This document shows, piece by piece, positions 40,501 to 54,155 of a DNA stretch of 64,000 bases. This stretch comes from Blepharisma stoltei ATCC 30299. Its lineage: Eukaryota > Protista > Ciliophora. Positions within the stretch are counted from its first letter, which is position 1. Every line of letters starts with the position of its first letter. Made by a program: the position numbers and the translations under genes. Location of the stretch: contig CBFDEM010000061.1 in NCBI GenBank assembly GCA_965603825.1, positions 186,001 through 250,000 on the forward strand, written 5' to 3'. The notes below the pieces were generated by a model, which was not told where the DNA came from, did not search any database, and saw only the letters and a program-made list of their open reading frames with translations.

Positions 40501-43500
40501 CATTCAAAATATGCTGTTTTTAAGCAAGTTGAGCACAATGTATCACAGACTTCACAAGTTTGAGTTGACGACACTCAGAAAGCATTTGGAGCACACGTGC
40601 AGCCTCCATTTCCATCGCTAACAGCATTTGTGATACAGGTTAAACATGAACTTGATCCTGTGAATTCAATGCATGTAGCACACTCTTTAGTTTTACATAG
40701 CCGGCATGTATCAGAATTTCTGCATCCTTTATTGCAAGTATTTATGCAGTTTTGGCAGACAGAGCCATCATAATATTGAGATAGCAGGCAGTTGTCTGGG
40801 CAGCTTAAATCAGCTGGACACTTTGTGCAGATGCCTGAACATCCAACAGTTTGCCAATCGTCTAATGCATGATTGTTCTGACTATAAAAATTCAGCTTCC
40901 ACAAGAATCCAGTAAATCCCATACCAATATACATGTTTCCTGTTGCATTATCTAATAAAAAAAGGGGAGTTGCGGTTGTTGAAGTTATCTGAGACGCAGT
41001 ATCAATGTAAGAATTTATTGTTGTTGTCCCATCAGAATTAATTTTGCCGTCAAATGATACAAAAAATCAACTATCAATCACACTATAGGACCCTGTAACT
41101 GAAATTGTGCTTGAGGAATCCATTAAGAGAATAGAAAGCTTTGGATTCCCTAAAGCAGATATTTGCAGTGATCATTGAACTGTTGTTACATATTTTGTTA
41201 TAACACTGCCGCTTACAATCGTCTTTATTCATAAAGATATTGAAAAATTTGGAGCTAGCATAAGCATTGGTTTTAATCAAGTGCCAGGACCAAAGTAATA
41301 TCCTCTTAGATATGCAGGATAGGGTTCAGCGCCATCATAAGTAGGATAGCTGTTTGCAGACGAGGATCCTACCTGAACACCCGAAATTTGATCAAGAAGT
41401 ATTTTATTGTTAAAAGAAAAACTAAGCGGTAATAGTGAAGATAAATCGCAGCTAGCTGTTGCTGTATTTTTTGTATATCCTGTAGGACAGTCTGGAAGAC
41501 ATAGCTTGCTATTGTATAAAAAATAGCTGGAAATACAGGAGGTACATAAATGATAATAAGAGCCTGTACAATGAGTGCATCCTGAATAGCAAGCAGAACA
41601 TAAAGCTTGGTTTGTAGGCTGATAAAATCCAGAATTGCATGAGCATGGAGTCCCAGAAGCATTAGGAATGCATAAAGTGCAAGCTCACGCCCAAAATGAA
41701 GAGCATCGAGCACACAAAAAATCGTCACAAATGTAGCAAGATGTTCCTCGAGTACAGCCATTTGTACAAGATGAATCTAAACAAGATTGGCATGCAGATC
41801 CATCATAATAATGAGAATAATCACATGGCCATAAAGTTGGTACTAAACCTCCAGTCAACGAATTGATATTGTAATAAAAAGTAAAATCACTAATTGTAAC
41901 TTGCCATAGTATAAAATAAGCAATAAATCCTTTAAAGTTTGTGGGACCTTTGCCAATGTATAGTTTACCTCCAGAGGGTAACCTAAAAACATAATTTGTT
42001 ACAGTTTTAGGAGTTCCCGCGACCTTATTCAGAAATGGAGTTACTGTAGTTATTTTATTAGCGAATCCAACTGAATAGGAAACATAGTTTCATGCATTTG
42101 TAGTAGTAGATTGAGTAGCAGAATAACTTGCAGCTGATCCGTCTCATTTTTCTAAATAAAAACTAATAATCCCGCTTGAATCAATGTTAAGCATATCTGT
42201 ACTGTGGCCGATTAATGTTCCAGAAATCGGGTAAACCCACATACTCATAGTTCAAGTGTTAGACAAATTTATATTTCCACTCAAAAATTGATTCGAATTA
42301 AAATAAAGACCTCTATTTTTAGCTGGAAATGGGTCAGAAGATTCAGGAGAATTTCAATAGTTATAGCTTGCAGAGCTTGTAGCTGTCACCAAGATTGATC
42401 CATACGTTCCAACAAATCCTCCAGTGAAATCAGCATTTATAACTGCTGAAGAAACAGCAGCACAGTTTCCAAATCCATATGGACATGCATAAAGGCAAAC
42501 TCCTCCAATAAGAATCATTCCACTATTACAAGCTGTATTGGTCCAAGTTTGTGTACAAGCACTTCCATAAACGTCACAACAGCTTGTAGGCATACCAGTA
42601 GCACATCCAGTGCACATTGACTGTGCATATCCAATACAATAAGCACAATCCTGAAGATAACAAATGCTACAATCAGAACTTCTAATGCACCAAGGCCAAG
42701 TCTGACAATTTGAGTTACAATTTTGGCAAGTTGATCCATTTCAAAATTGGTTATCAATACAGTTAACAGTAACAGTAATGGTTGCAGAGCTCTGAATATA
42801 GTCAGCTCTTGCCTGAAGCCAATAAATAAACCCTCTAAAAGAATTGCCTCCACTTAAATTCCCAATAGTTCATGCATAATTTCCATCTGGAAATCTTGTT
42901 TCTCTATTCATCAAAGCTGTATTTCCAACGCTTGCATAATCCACATAATAAAAGATATTTGCTTGATTACAAGTGGCTTGATAAATAATCATTGATGCTG
43001 GATGCCATGAACTATTAATGCTATAAACAGTTGCTACTGTTTGTGTTATTGGGGTATTATTTGAATCGTAAATCAAGGCACTGAATTTAAAAAAGCCGGA
43101 ATCTATTCATATCCTTATATAAGAATTTGAGCTCAGAATAACATTTAAAATTTCCCCAGTCTCAAGAGGCTTAATCCATATATTTAGCGTAAAATAAAGG
43201 CCTGGGATGTGGCTTTTGTTACTAGTAATGCTTGAAGTTTTAGCAAAATAAAATCCTCTATCAATAGTGGGGAGTGGGGAATTTTGAGTTGGGGAATTAT
43301 ATGGTATTGAGCTTGGATTAAGAAAATATTCTGAAGGATCAGTTGAGCTTGCAATATAGGTAGCTGTCACATCTTTAATAGTCGAAAATTCTAGTTCAAA
43401 TATAACTGCATTAGCATAAGTAGGAGCATTGCAACAGTCATAGCCATTACTGATTGCTGGAGTAAAAAGTGAAGGGCATACATCAGCACATACTTTGGTA

Positions 43501-43610
43501 TCAATAAAATATTTTGAGTTTGCACATCCTATAGTGACACTATTGTATGGGCAAGTTGCTGCAACGAAAGTCAACACAATTTTGGAGAAATAAAATAAAG
43601 CCAAAATCAT
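34599..43610 (-). CDS. Paralogue 5: about 3003-aa receptor with modules A,B,C2,D,E,F,G and the TM domain
   Basis: All fragments from 43107 to 34599 are in one frame. ATG at 43610 (MILALFYFSKIVLTFVAA), TAA at 34599-34601, length 9012 nt. The gap stretches I translated (42354 to about 41650, and near 41280) contain only TGA interruptions. Confidence 0.9.
34915..35660. repeat. Near-identical TM-domain block shared by paralogues 5 and 6 (copy at about 44425-45170)
   Basis: Offset is 9508. ORF 35355..35642 and the matching part of 44800..45150 differ at 1 of 95 aa, while the flanking stalk regions diverge. Confidence 0.85.
36755..37110. repeat. Near-identical module-G block shared by paralogues 5 and 7 (copy at about 56303-56660)
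   Basis: Offset is 19548. Both have the peptide FYMADRLLNNYEWSHVVFTLELTQN, which differs in the other copies. A second shared block lies at about 40270-40550 vs 59815-60095. Confidence 0.8.
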
Positions 43611-44115
43611 ATTTATATCTATTTATAATATGGAAAATTAATAGTTTGGCTTATAAGGTCTTAAGGGCATTTATTTAGATTAATTTTATAATTTGAAAGT
43701 ATTTCATAATAGCTATAGTTAATTATTTAGTGGTATTTGTGGTGAAGTAGTTAATCTATAGCTTTGAAATTAAAATAAACTTTCAAGTTTAGGATGAAGG
43801 TCATAAAGCCAGGAACAATTTGCCAGCAAGAATTGATAAGTTTATGCAGCTAATTTTATCAGTTAATTTATTAATTTCTACGGTCATATCTAAAGATAAA
43901 ATAAGATAGATAGTCAGAACTTATAACAAAGGTATTTTATTTACATCGAATTTCTTTAAATTCTTTTTTATTTTAATTAAGTTTTGATTCGTCTCTTTCA
44001 AGAAGAAATAACTAAAATAAGAAAGCAAACGTGTGAAGAAAATAATAAAAAATAGTCATTCATATAATAAAAATTTAATTTAGAATTAAATAAAAATCGA
44101 TAAATTATTTAATTT

Positions 44116-47100
44116 TTATCTTTCAACTTTTTTGGGATGATCATTAAAGGGCTGGATATGATTTCTCATGATACCTGCCTTGGTAAGTTTGTGATGAATA
44201 ATCTGATAAAGAGTCCTTGCAAAAATAGCTATTGAAGAAAAAGTTTGAATAATCATAACTCCAATCACAATAGCAACAATTGCATTTTCGATTGTTGATA
44301 TAGTTTCTTGATCTAAATTAAATAAATAAGCTGATGAAGAGATCATTACTAAGCCAATCATAATTTCAGTCAATAAATTATTTATTTGCAACACTGGGTC
44401 TTCAAACGGCCAGAAGAATATCAAATGCATAATAGTCATTAAAGAAAGAACAATATTTATAGTTACTTCTGTCTGCGGATAGTCCCTCAAAAATACTAAG
44501 TTTACTATATATATAAATCTCCTAATAAAAAATACAAAATAATACTGTGTAGCAAGGAGGCCTCTATCAACTCGAAATTCATAAAATAGAGGACTAAATA
44601 GAGCGTTGAATGTTTTTTCTCGAGACTGGATGCGATTTTTATTTTTATAAGAAAATCAGAAATGCAGAGGTGGAGTGGCGATTAACAGCACACAAATAGA
44701 TATACATATAATAAAATTAGTAATTTGTGTGATATTATTCAATCCAAGTGTAGCAAGACCAATGCTAGCAGCAGCTCCTAATTCAAGATAGCATTGGATT
44801 CAAAATCTTAAATAAAATGCAAATTGATAAGCTTTAATAGTTTTCATAAATTTTTTGGCCAGCCATCTATAAGAACATTGCGAAAAGAACCAAATTATAG
44901 GCAGAACTAATAATGAAGCCATTATCAATGTAAAATCATTTCCTGTAGTAATCAAAATCAAATCTGAGTCATATCCGAATTCTTTTGCTTGAGAATATGG
45001 AGTATTTCCTTCATTTTTATCAATAATATAACTAAAAGCATTTGGAAACAAATTAAAAGAATTCAAATTTATCAAAAACGTGCTCATTTTGCTAGAAAAA
45101 GGAATTCCGGATAAAGTCAAATAGCTTAAAATTTGTAAACTGTTCATCATACTTCATAAAGAGCTTGGGCTTGGATTTATGACTGATAAAGCAACAGCTC
45201 CCGAAACCGCACCCTGAACACCTGCAGCTGCTTGTGATGTCACTGCAGCAATAGCTGGAGAATATGGTGCTGGATCATAAGAATTCAGTGATGCAGAGAT
45301 TTCTGAAGAATTTAATACTCCATTTGAAGCAGATCTCACTTCTGTAAGATTTAAAAACTCAAGGGTTGCTAAAGTTCCGCCAGAAATTGCTTCAGAAATA
45401 GTCAAAGAAATGTAATAGTAGGTATTATTAATCTGTTCAAGTTTAAAAGAAACTTCTTTGTTTTCAACTGTAATCGTGAATTCATCTATTGTAAGAGAAC
45501 TAGCTAGGCTTTCAGAAAATATCAAGTATAGAGAATTGTCTGAAAGAACAGTGATTTTTACTGAAAAAGGAACTAGTGTGCAGTTTTTGGTCCCGTTATA
45601 GCCTAAATTGCAGTAGCATAGATCATTTTTCAAGCTTGCGTTTTCAACGCAAGCATTACATTTGGTAAGAGATTCACAATTAGTGCAGTAGTTTGGACAT
45701 GAATATAAAATTCCATCAGAACCTCTAAATCCTCCTGCTTCAACTGTTATACAAGTGCTATTATTAGAAGTATCCAGCACATAATTTACATCACATATAC
45801 ATGAATCAGTGTTGGTAGCATTTTCTTTGCAGGCCACACATCCTGCTGCTGAATAATCAGTGCAATCTTCACATAATAAATTATCACATAGAGAACAAGC
45901 AGATCTTCAGTCCCTACAGCTGTTCTTACACTTCGCGTTGCATTGATAGCACTTATTATAAGCTGGCCCAGCCCAATATTCTTTAATTTTACAGTTTGGA
46001 ATGCATTTTTGGTCTGTTGGGCACACACTGCAGCTTTCTGTGCATGAAGTTGTGGACAAGCTTGATATAGCTTTTATTACATTAAATATCTGAATTTTAT
46101 AGATGAAGCCTTGATAGAAATTATAAACTGCTGATGAGCTTAGTTGAGCGCCTATAGTCATTGTGGTATATAGTCCTTGATCTTGCAAAGCTTTAGATCC
46201 TGCCGCTTCAGACGAGTCAAATATTCCATTTATATAGCAAGACAGCATATTAGAACTGCTTTGGATGTTTTCTAAAGTAAATACTAGATGGCTTCATTCA
46301 TAATTATTTAGTAAGCCTTGGCACATAAAAACAATTGGCGAAGAATCTATAGTAATTAGAATTGCTGGTTTACTGCTTATTATATAAATTGCGTAAAATG
46401 TTGAGTAATTATCAGAGATATTATGTTTTGAGAGTATTGCAGAATAGGTAGTTTCGGCGTTTAACCATATAGAAATAGTAAAATTAGAAGCGATTACAAG
46501 CTGCGGTGAAGTGTAGTTTGAGTACTCAGGCAACCTTAAAACTGAAGATTTCCCGTTAAAATAGAAACCTCTTAAATAAGCAGGAATAGGATCATCAGCC
46601 TCATAATCTGGATAAAACTGCTTGGTAGACCCAGTTACAACTGGAATTGAGCTGGCTTTATCATAAATTACTCCATTCAGAACACTCAGAGTATTCAAAT
46701 CTAAATCAAAAATCATTTCCTCAACAAGTGTACATGCTGTTGCAGACTTTGAATATCCCAAAGGACAGCTAAGTGTGCAAATTCCTGATACTATGTAACG
46801 TCCATCAGCACATGTTAAGCAATCCAAGTAAGTTGACCCTTTGCAAGTTTTGCATGTGGATTCACATACCTCACAGCTCTCATTATTAGTATTTCAATAG
46901 TATCCTGAGTTGCATTGGCAGCTTGTCCCTAATAAACTTGCGTTTGTTTTGCAAGTAATGCATGTGCTTGTATAGTCGTCACAGATCTCACATATGACAT
47001 CTTGGCAAAGGTTGCAATTTTTATCAGCTCTTACGCAGCCCTTACTTGAGCATTCAGATAAGCATGATGCACAGCTGCTACCACTTCAGTATTTGTCTAT

Positions 47101-50100
47101 ATTGCAACTGTACAAGCAAGCATTAGAGTTATCAATTGGGCATAAGGAACATCCTATGCAAGTAGTTAATGTTAAAGAAGTTACAGACAAAGTATTATAG
47201 ACTTTTAGATCTCATAAAAACCCATTAAAGAAAGATTGTAGATTTGAAGAGTCTAAGTAACTTGCTCCAATTGTTATTAAAAATGAGTTTTCTAAATCAA
47301 CAAACCAGCTTGGATGCAAGTCTCCTGAGCTATCAATATTTGTATTTGTGGTCAGACTAATTGACTGCTTAGGAGTTGTGCTGACATCTGAAACTGCTGA
47401 AATAAAATTTCACTGAGAAAGTGAAGCCCTTAGTGAAAGATTTGAACTTGTAAAAGTAATAATAGTGGTATCTCGCAGAGTTAAAGTAAGTGATGGAAAT
47501 TTGTTTTTTAGCTCAAATGTTATATATGCGCCGAAAGATCCATTGTCTTGTTTTGAAAAAATAACACCTGTATCAGAAATTGGCATAATTCATGCTGAAA
47601 TTACAAATTTTGGAGAAAACGTTAGCAATGGTGGTGGAGTACTTGAATAAGGAGGTAGCTGCATATAAGATGATCCAGTAAAATAATAGCCTCTATGTAT
47701 AGCTGCTATGGGATCAGTCGAATCATAAGTAGGATAAAATGTATTATCTTTTCCAGTAAGCACTGGAATATTTGACTCCAAATCATTAACTATGTCTTTA
47801 ATTTGGTGTGGCATTAAATTAAAAACAAAATAATTAGTATAAGCTGAATCACTGTCACATATATCTCCATTTTCTGTATAGCCGATAGGGCAAAATGGCA
47901 TGCACAAAGACTGAATCAAATAATACCCTGATGCACATATAAGACAGCTATCAAATTCAGGGCTTGAACAAGTAGAACAAATTGAATCACAAAGTTCACA
48001 GCTCTGAGGACTAGAAACTCATACTGCATTTGTTGAGCATTGACAATGACCATTTACTTTATAAGCATTTGTAATGCAGCTTGTGCATTCTCCATCAAAT
48101 GTGGTGCATGAGTAGCATTCTTTATCCCTGCAAAGCACACATGCTAAATCGCTAACACATCCATGTACGCAGCTTGTCAGGCATTGTTTGCAGCTGTCTG
48201 GATACTCATTTAATGCACAGTTACTTAAACATTGAAGACTTGAAGGGCAAGAAGCACAGCCAGTGTTGCATGAAGAGGTTGCATAGTCATCTGTCTGATA
48301 AGTATAAGAGTTATATATCATTACTCTAGCTATAAACCCATAGTGTCCTGATGCTACATGATTTTCATCATTTCCTATATAAAGAGTCCCTGAAATGGTA
48401 TCTTTAAAATAAATTAAAGCAGAAGTGGTAATATAATTAATCAAGGTTGCGTTTATATAGAGGTTTAAAGTAGTTTTGCCGTCAGTTTGAACTTGTCCTG
48501 TAAAGCTTAAAAAATTCCAATTATTAATAATACTTGAGGAGGCTGATAAAGTAGTTAATGACGAGTCTGAAAAATATATAGAAAGCTGAGGGTATCCTGA
48601 TGAGTCTATAATTACTTTTAAAATTTCTGATGAAGTATATTTAGTCATAAGAATCCCAGCTCCCAATGGCTTAGCCCATATAGAAATTGAGAAAGATGGT
48701 GATATCATGACTGTAGAATGGATATAGTCGTTTAGGTGAAAATAATAGCCTCGCTTATAAGAAGGAATCGGGTCATTTGTATCAGATCAATTAGGATAAA
48801 CATTTGCGCTCACAGAGCCTATGCTAAAACTAGAAACAGTGTCAAGATGGACCTGATCTGTTAAATCAAGACTGATAGCTAAATTTGTTGAAAAATCGCA
48901 AGCATTTGTACCTGAGTTTGCAGTATACCCAGTTGGGCACTCACTTAAGCATTGTCCAGTTAAAGAAAAGAAATAAAATCCAGAAAAGCATGAGGTGCAT
49001 TTTTGATAGGTTATATCAGTGCAATCTGAACATCCACTTGAGCATGCCAAGCATGAGAATCCATCTGATGAAACTATATATCCAGAATTGCAGACACATG
49101 CATTAGGAGCTCCACTTGCATTAGTTACACATTGAGTGCATTTGCCTGAGCCAAATCCTGTGCAAATCGAGCATAAAACATCATCACAAAGATTACATGT
49201 TCCTGATCTGACGCATCCTTTGCTGCAGGAATTGCAAGATAAGTAAGAAGATCCATCATAATAATTTGACAAATCACAATTTCATAAGCAAGTGTCACAA
49301 AATGTAATCATATAACTGTAAAAATTATTAATAGGCACATTCCACAGCTGAAAATTATTAATAAACCCAACAAAGCCAGAAGAGCTGCTTTTCCCAATCA
49401 TTAAGTTTGTTGAAGTGACGTCTCTATAAATATAATTTGAAATACTTAAGCTTTGATCCATTGAGCTAAAATAGAAGTCTGTTATAGTTGTGGCATCAGA
49501 GGTGTATTCAAAAGTTATTGACAAATAGCTTCAGCCCCCTGAAGCCAATGTAGATGGTGCTGATAAAGCTTGAGTTGATAATGCTTGCGTAGGGTCTTCC
49601 ATAACAGCTGTTATACTTCCAGTTGAAGATAAAATAAGCCTTGCTTCTTTTTCTAGTATATCACCATCAGTTATTACATATATTCATAGCCCAATAGAAA
49701 AACTATGAGAAAGATAAACAGATATTGAGGATAATAAGTAGGTGGCCCCATTAAAATATAGACCTCTATCATATGCAGGAATAGGATCGACAGATTCAGG
49801 ATTTGCAAAGGGCTGGTATGTGCTTGATGACGTTCCAGTGGTAAAAATTCCATAAGAACCTTGGAAATCAGTATTCAGAGACTGATCAATCACTGGAGTT
49901 GAGACTAAAGTACAGGAAGCCCCATAGCCATATGGGCAGTCATTCAAACATATGCTCCCTACCAATTGTTTCCCTGAAATGCAAGTACTACACTCAAAAT
50001 AAGTCGTTTGTGTGCATACAGAACAAAGTGCATCACATAAATCACAATTAGCTGTATTAGAGTTTCAAATAGCGCTTGTCATGCATTGGCAGCCTCCTGT

Positions 50101-53100
50101 TCCATCAGCTTCTGCATTAGTGATGCAGCTTGAGCAAGACCCAGAAAAAGAGGTGCACTCATAGCACTGCTCTGTTTTACATAATCTACAAGTGTTGCTA
50201 TGTCTGCATCCCTTTGTACAAGTTCCCATACAATCTACACAGGCTGAACCATCGTAATATTGTGATAAAGGGCAGGTATCTGGACAATTATAATCACTAG
50301 GGCAACTCAAGCATGGAGAGGTACAACTTGATGTCGAATAGTCACTAAGTTTCAAAGTTTCTGAATTATAAATATTTATATCATATAAAAAACCTGTGAA
50401 ACCACTGTTTAAACTTGATTTTGTTCCAATATAAAGAGTTCCTAAACTGAGATCCTGAAAATAAACTTGGCTTACTGATGAGCCTGTATCTATTGGTATC
50501 GAATTAAAATATGAGCTTATTGTTGTTACATAGCCTGTATCGATTATTCCTGTAAATGCAATAAAGTTTCAGCCATTCAATACACTTGATGATAAAGCTA
50601 CAGATAGTGCTGAGGAGTCGCTTAAAGTAATTGAAAGTTGAGGGTACTCAGAACTTAAAATTTCAAAGCAAAATATTTCGCCCCCAGAAACAGTTTTAGA
50701 GACTATTGTGCCTGCAGAAGTTGGATAAATTCAAACAGAAATAGAAAAATATGGTCCAATCACTGTGTTGGTTGTGAGATAAGTAGTGCCAGTAAAATAG
50801 TATCCTCTTAAATAGGCTGGGTATGGATCGTTAGTATCATAATTCGGATAAGTGTTTGTATTAGAAGATCCAACTGAAATTCCTGAAATTGAATCAAGCA
50901 CTATTTTGTCATAAAAAATTATACTTAATCCAATATTTGAAGAAAAAACACAAGTTTTTGTATATGAGTTTTCGGTGTAACCTGTAGGACAGCTTGAAAG
51001 GCAAAAATTGCTATTATAAAAATAAGAGCTAGAGGTGCAGGAAGTGCATAAATAGTAAGATGAGCCAGTACAATGAGCGCATCCCGCATAACAAGCTGAG
51101 CATAAAGCTTGATTTGCATCAGGCTGGTAAAATCCAGAATTACATGAGCATGGAGACCCAGAAGCATTAGAAATACACGAAGTGCAAGCTCCTGACCAAA
51201 ATGAGGAGCATTGAGCGCATAAAAAATCGTCACAAATATAGCAAGAGGTTCCTCTAGTACAGCCAATTGTGCAAGAGCCTAAGCATGGCTGACATACAGA
51301 TCCATCATAATAGTGAGAATAGTCACACGGCCATAAAGTTGATAATGAACCTCCTGTCAGTGTATTTATGCTATAAGAAGAAGAAAAATCGCTAATTTCA
51401 ACTTGTCAAAGTATAAAATAAGCAATAAACCCGCTAAAATTTGTTGAACCTTTGCCAATATATAATACTCCTCCTGATGGCAATCTGAAAACATAATCTG
51501 TAACAGTTACTGCTGTTCCAGCTATATTATTAAGGTAAGGAATTACTGTAGTCACTTTATTGGAAAACCCGATTGAATAAGAAATGTAGCTTCATACATT
51601 TGAAGTTATAGATTGTGAAGCTGAGTAGCTTGTAGACGTTCCATCCCACTTTTCTAAGTAAAAATTAATTCCGGTAGAACCAATATTAAGTTTATTTGAG
51701 CTATGACCTATAATTGTCCCAGAGTTAACTAGCACCCATAGGCTCATACTTCAAGTGTTAGAAAGATTTATAGACCCACTTAAATATTGGTTGGAATTGA
51801 AATAAAAACCTCTGCATTTTGCAGGGAATGGATCAGATGATTCTGGAGAATTCCAATAATTATAGCTTGAAGAACCTGTGGCAGTAGTCAAAGCTGTTCC
51901 ATAGCTTCCTGCAAATGAGCCTGTAAAATCAGCAGTCAAAACGGCTGTAGAAACAGCTGTACAACTTCCGAATCCATATGGGCATGCATATAGGCAAATT
52001 CCTCCAATTAAAACTTTTCCACTAATACATGCAGTATTTGTCCAGGTTTGGGTGCAAGTTGCACCAAAATAATCACAGCATCCTGGAACTATTCCTGTAG
52101 TGCATGCTGTACACATTGATAAAGAGTATCCATAACAAGAACTGCAATCAGGAGAATAACAAATATCACAACTTGAGCCTCTAACGCACCAAGGCCAAGT
52201 GGGACATCCCGAGCCACAGTTTTGGCAAGCAGACCCATCTCAATATTGATTATCAACACAATCAATAGTACTACTCATTGTCCCATAATTTCGATTTGTA
52301 TCAGATCTTGCCTGAAGTCAATAAATGAACCCTCTAAAAGAGTTTCCTCCGCTCAAATTCCCAAAAGTCCACGTATACGTTGCTGTACCTGAAAATTTTG
52401 CTTCAGTGCTGCTTGAGGTTGTTGTTCCAACATTAGACCCATTTATATAAAAATTTATGGTTGCTTCAGAGCATGAAGATTGATTTAGAATTATTGATGC
52501 TTGATGTCATGACGAGATATAGCTTGAAGTGCTAGCTCCAGATATAGAAATTGAGCCACTGCTTGTATTATAGACAATTGCACTAAACATATAAACACCA
52601 GAGGAATCTGTCCATATCCTTATATATGAGCTCGAGCTCAAAAGGACGTTTAAAATTTCTCCACTGTCTAAAGGCTTAATCCATAAATTTAATGTGAAAT
52701 ACAAAGCAGGAACATGACTTTGATTACTAGTGATACTTGAAGTCGTAGCGAAATAAAAGCCACGATCGACTGTTGGGAGAGGAGAATTTTGAGTTGCTGA
52801 ATTATATGAAATTGATCCTGGATTTTCGAAGTGCTCAGAAGCAGATGTGGAACTTGCAATATATGTGGCAGTCAAATCTTGAATGTTTAAAAATTCTAGT
52901 GTGAATAAAATTGCATTGTTACTATTGGGCATGCTGCATGAATAGCCAAATCCATAATTTGCATTTGAGCCAAATAGTGAAGGGCATGAATTCACACATA
53001 CTTTACTATCAGCTAGGTAGTATGAGTTTGAGCATTTGCATGTAAAATATAAATCGCTACTGTTAGATGGGCAGCAACAGTAGGTCAACAATATTTTGGT

Positions 53101-53127
53101 GAAAGAAACTAAAGCAAATATCATCAT
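44116..53127 (-). CDS. Paralogue 6: about 3003-aa receptor with modules A,B,C1,D,E,F,G and the TM domain
   Basis: All fragments from 52507 to 44116 are in one frame. ATG at 53127 (MMIFALVSFTKILLTYCC), TAA at 44116-44118, length 9012 nt. Confidence 0.9.
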
Positions 53128-54155
53128 GTTTTAATGTATAAATGGAAATTCTCCCTCTAAAATTTTCAATTAATTTGAATCATAATCCATAGCAAGACTT
53201 AGAATTGTTAATTTTTAAAGGCCAAAATAATCTCCTCTTTTGTTAATCCATTATTAATACTAATGAACAAAATTTTATATTACAATGTGTAAGTTTGATT
53301 TGATTTAAGTTAAGAAAAAACTTCACGTTTCGATTTTATTCTAAAATAGCTAGGCTTTATTTGACTGGAATAAAATAATCATTGAATCTTTTTAACTGAT
53401 ATAAGCTAAGTTTTATTTGAGGTGTAGTAATATTTTGTGATAAAATGACTTTCATCTTTGATTTTATAATTCTCTTAAACATTTTAAAATTAGAATATTA
53501 TCTATGCAATTTAATCTATTTTCCCTTTAATTGTTTTTCCATTCCTTTGATTAGTGGGTGGAACATTAAGATATTTGCATTTTGTCTCTTGATATTATTA
53601 ACCTAGATATTCCTGATCGTGGGAAAAAGGAGTGCCATTTTATAATATTTCGAAGCATTTATGATTGAATTTAAGAAAGATGCTTTAGCTCAAATTTCTA
53701 ATGAATTATAAAAATTATTTTACTTTGGTGTGTTTAAGACTACATCGATACCTGAAACATTGCGGATGTTTTGAACTTAAGGTCTGATTTAGATTATTTG
53801 ATTTCTTCTATGGTAATTAGGCCTTTTGAGAACTAGAGAGCTCAAAGGCACCATAAATTTGAAATTTATGCTAATTACCATCTAACCTGAATCAAACAAA
53901 ATCTCTCATCCTCCCCTCTTTAAATTAAACTTCCTATAACAATCAACATTTACGTGACCTATTAAATATGCAAAGGTGTGTTCCTAAACTAGAATAATTT
54001 GGTTTGGAGCTATATAAAACAAAAGCAACGTACTTTATTATTTACATCATCGAATTTAATTCATCTTTAATATTTAACTAAATTTCTTTAGCAATAAATT
54101 ATGTATCTTCTTATAATTATGCTGTAATCGAATTACTCAATACAGAATAATTCAA

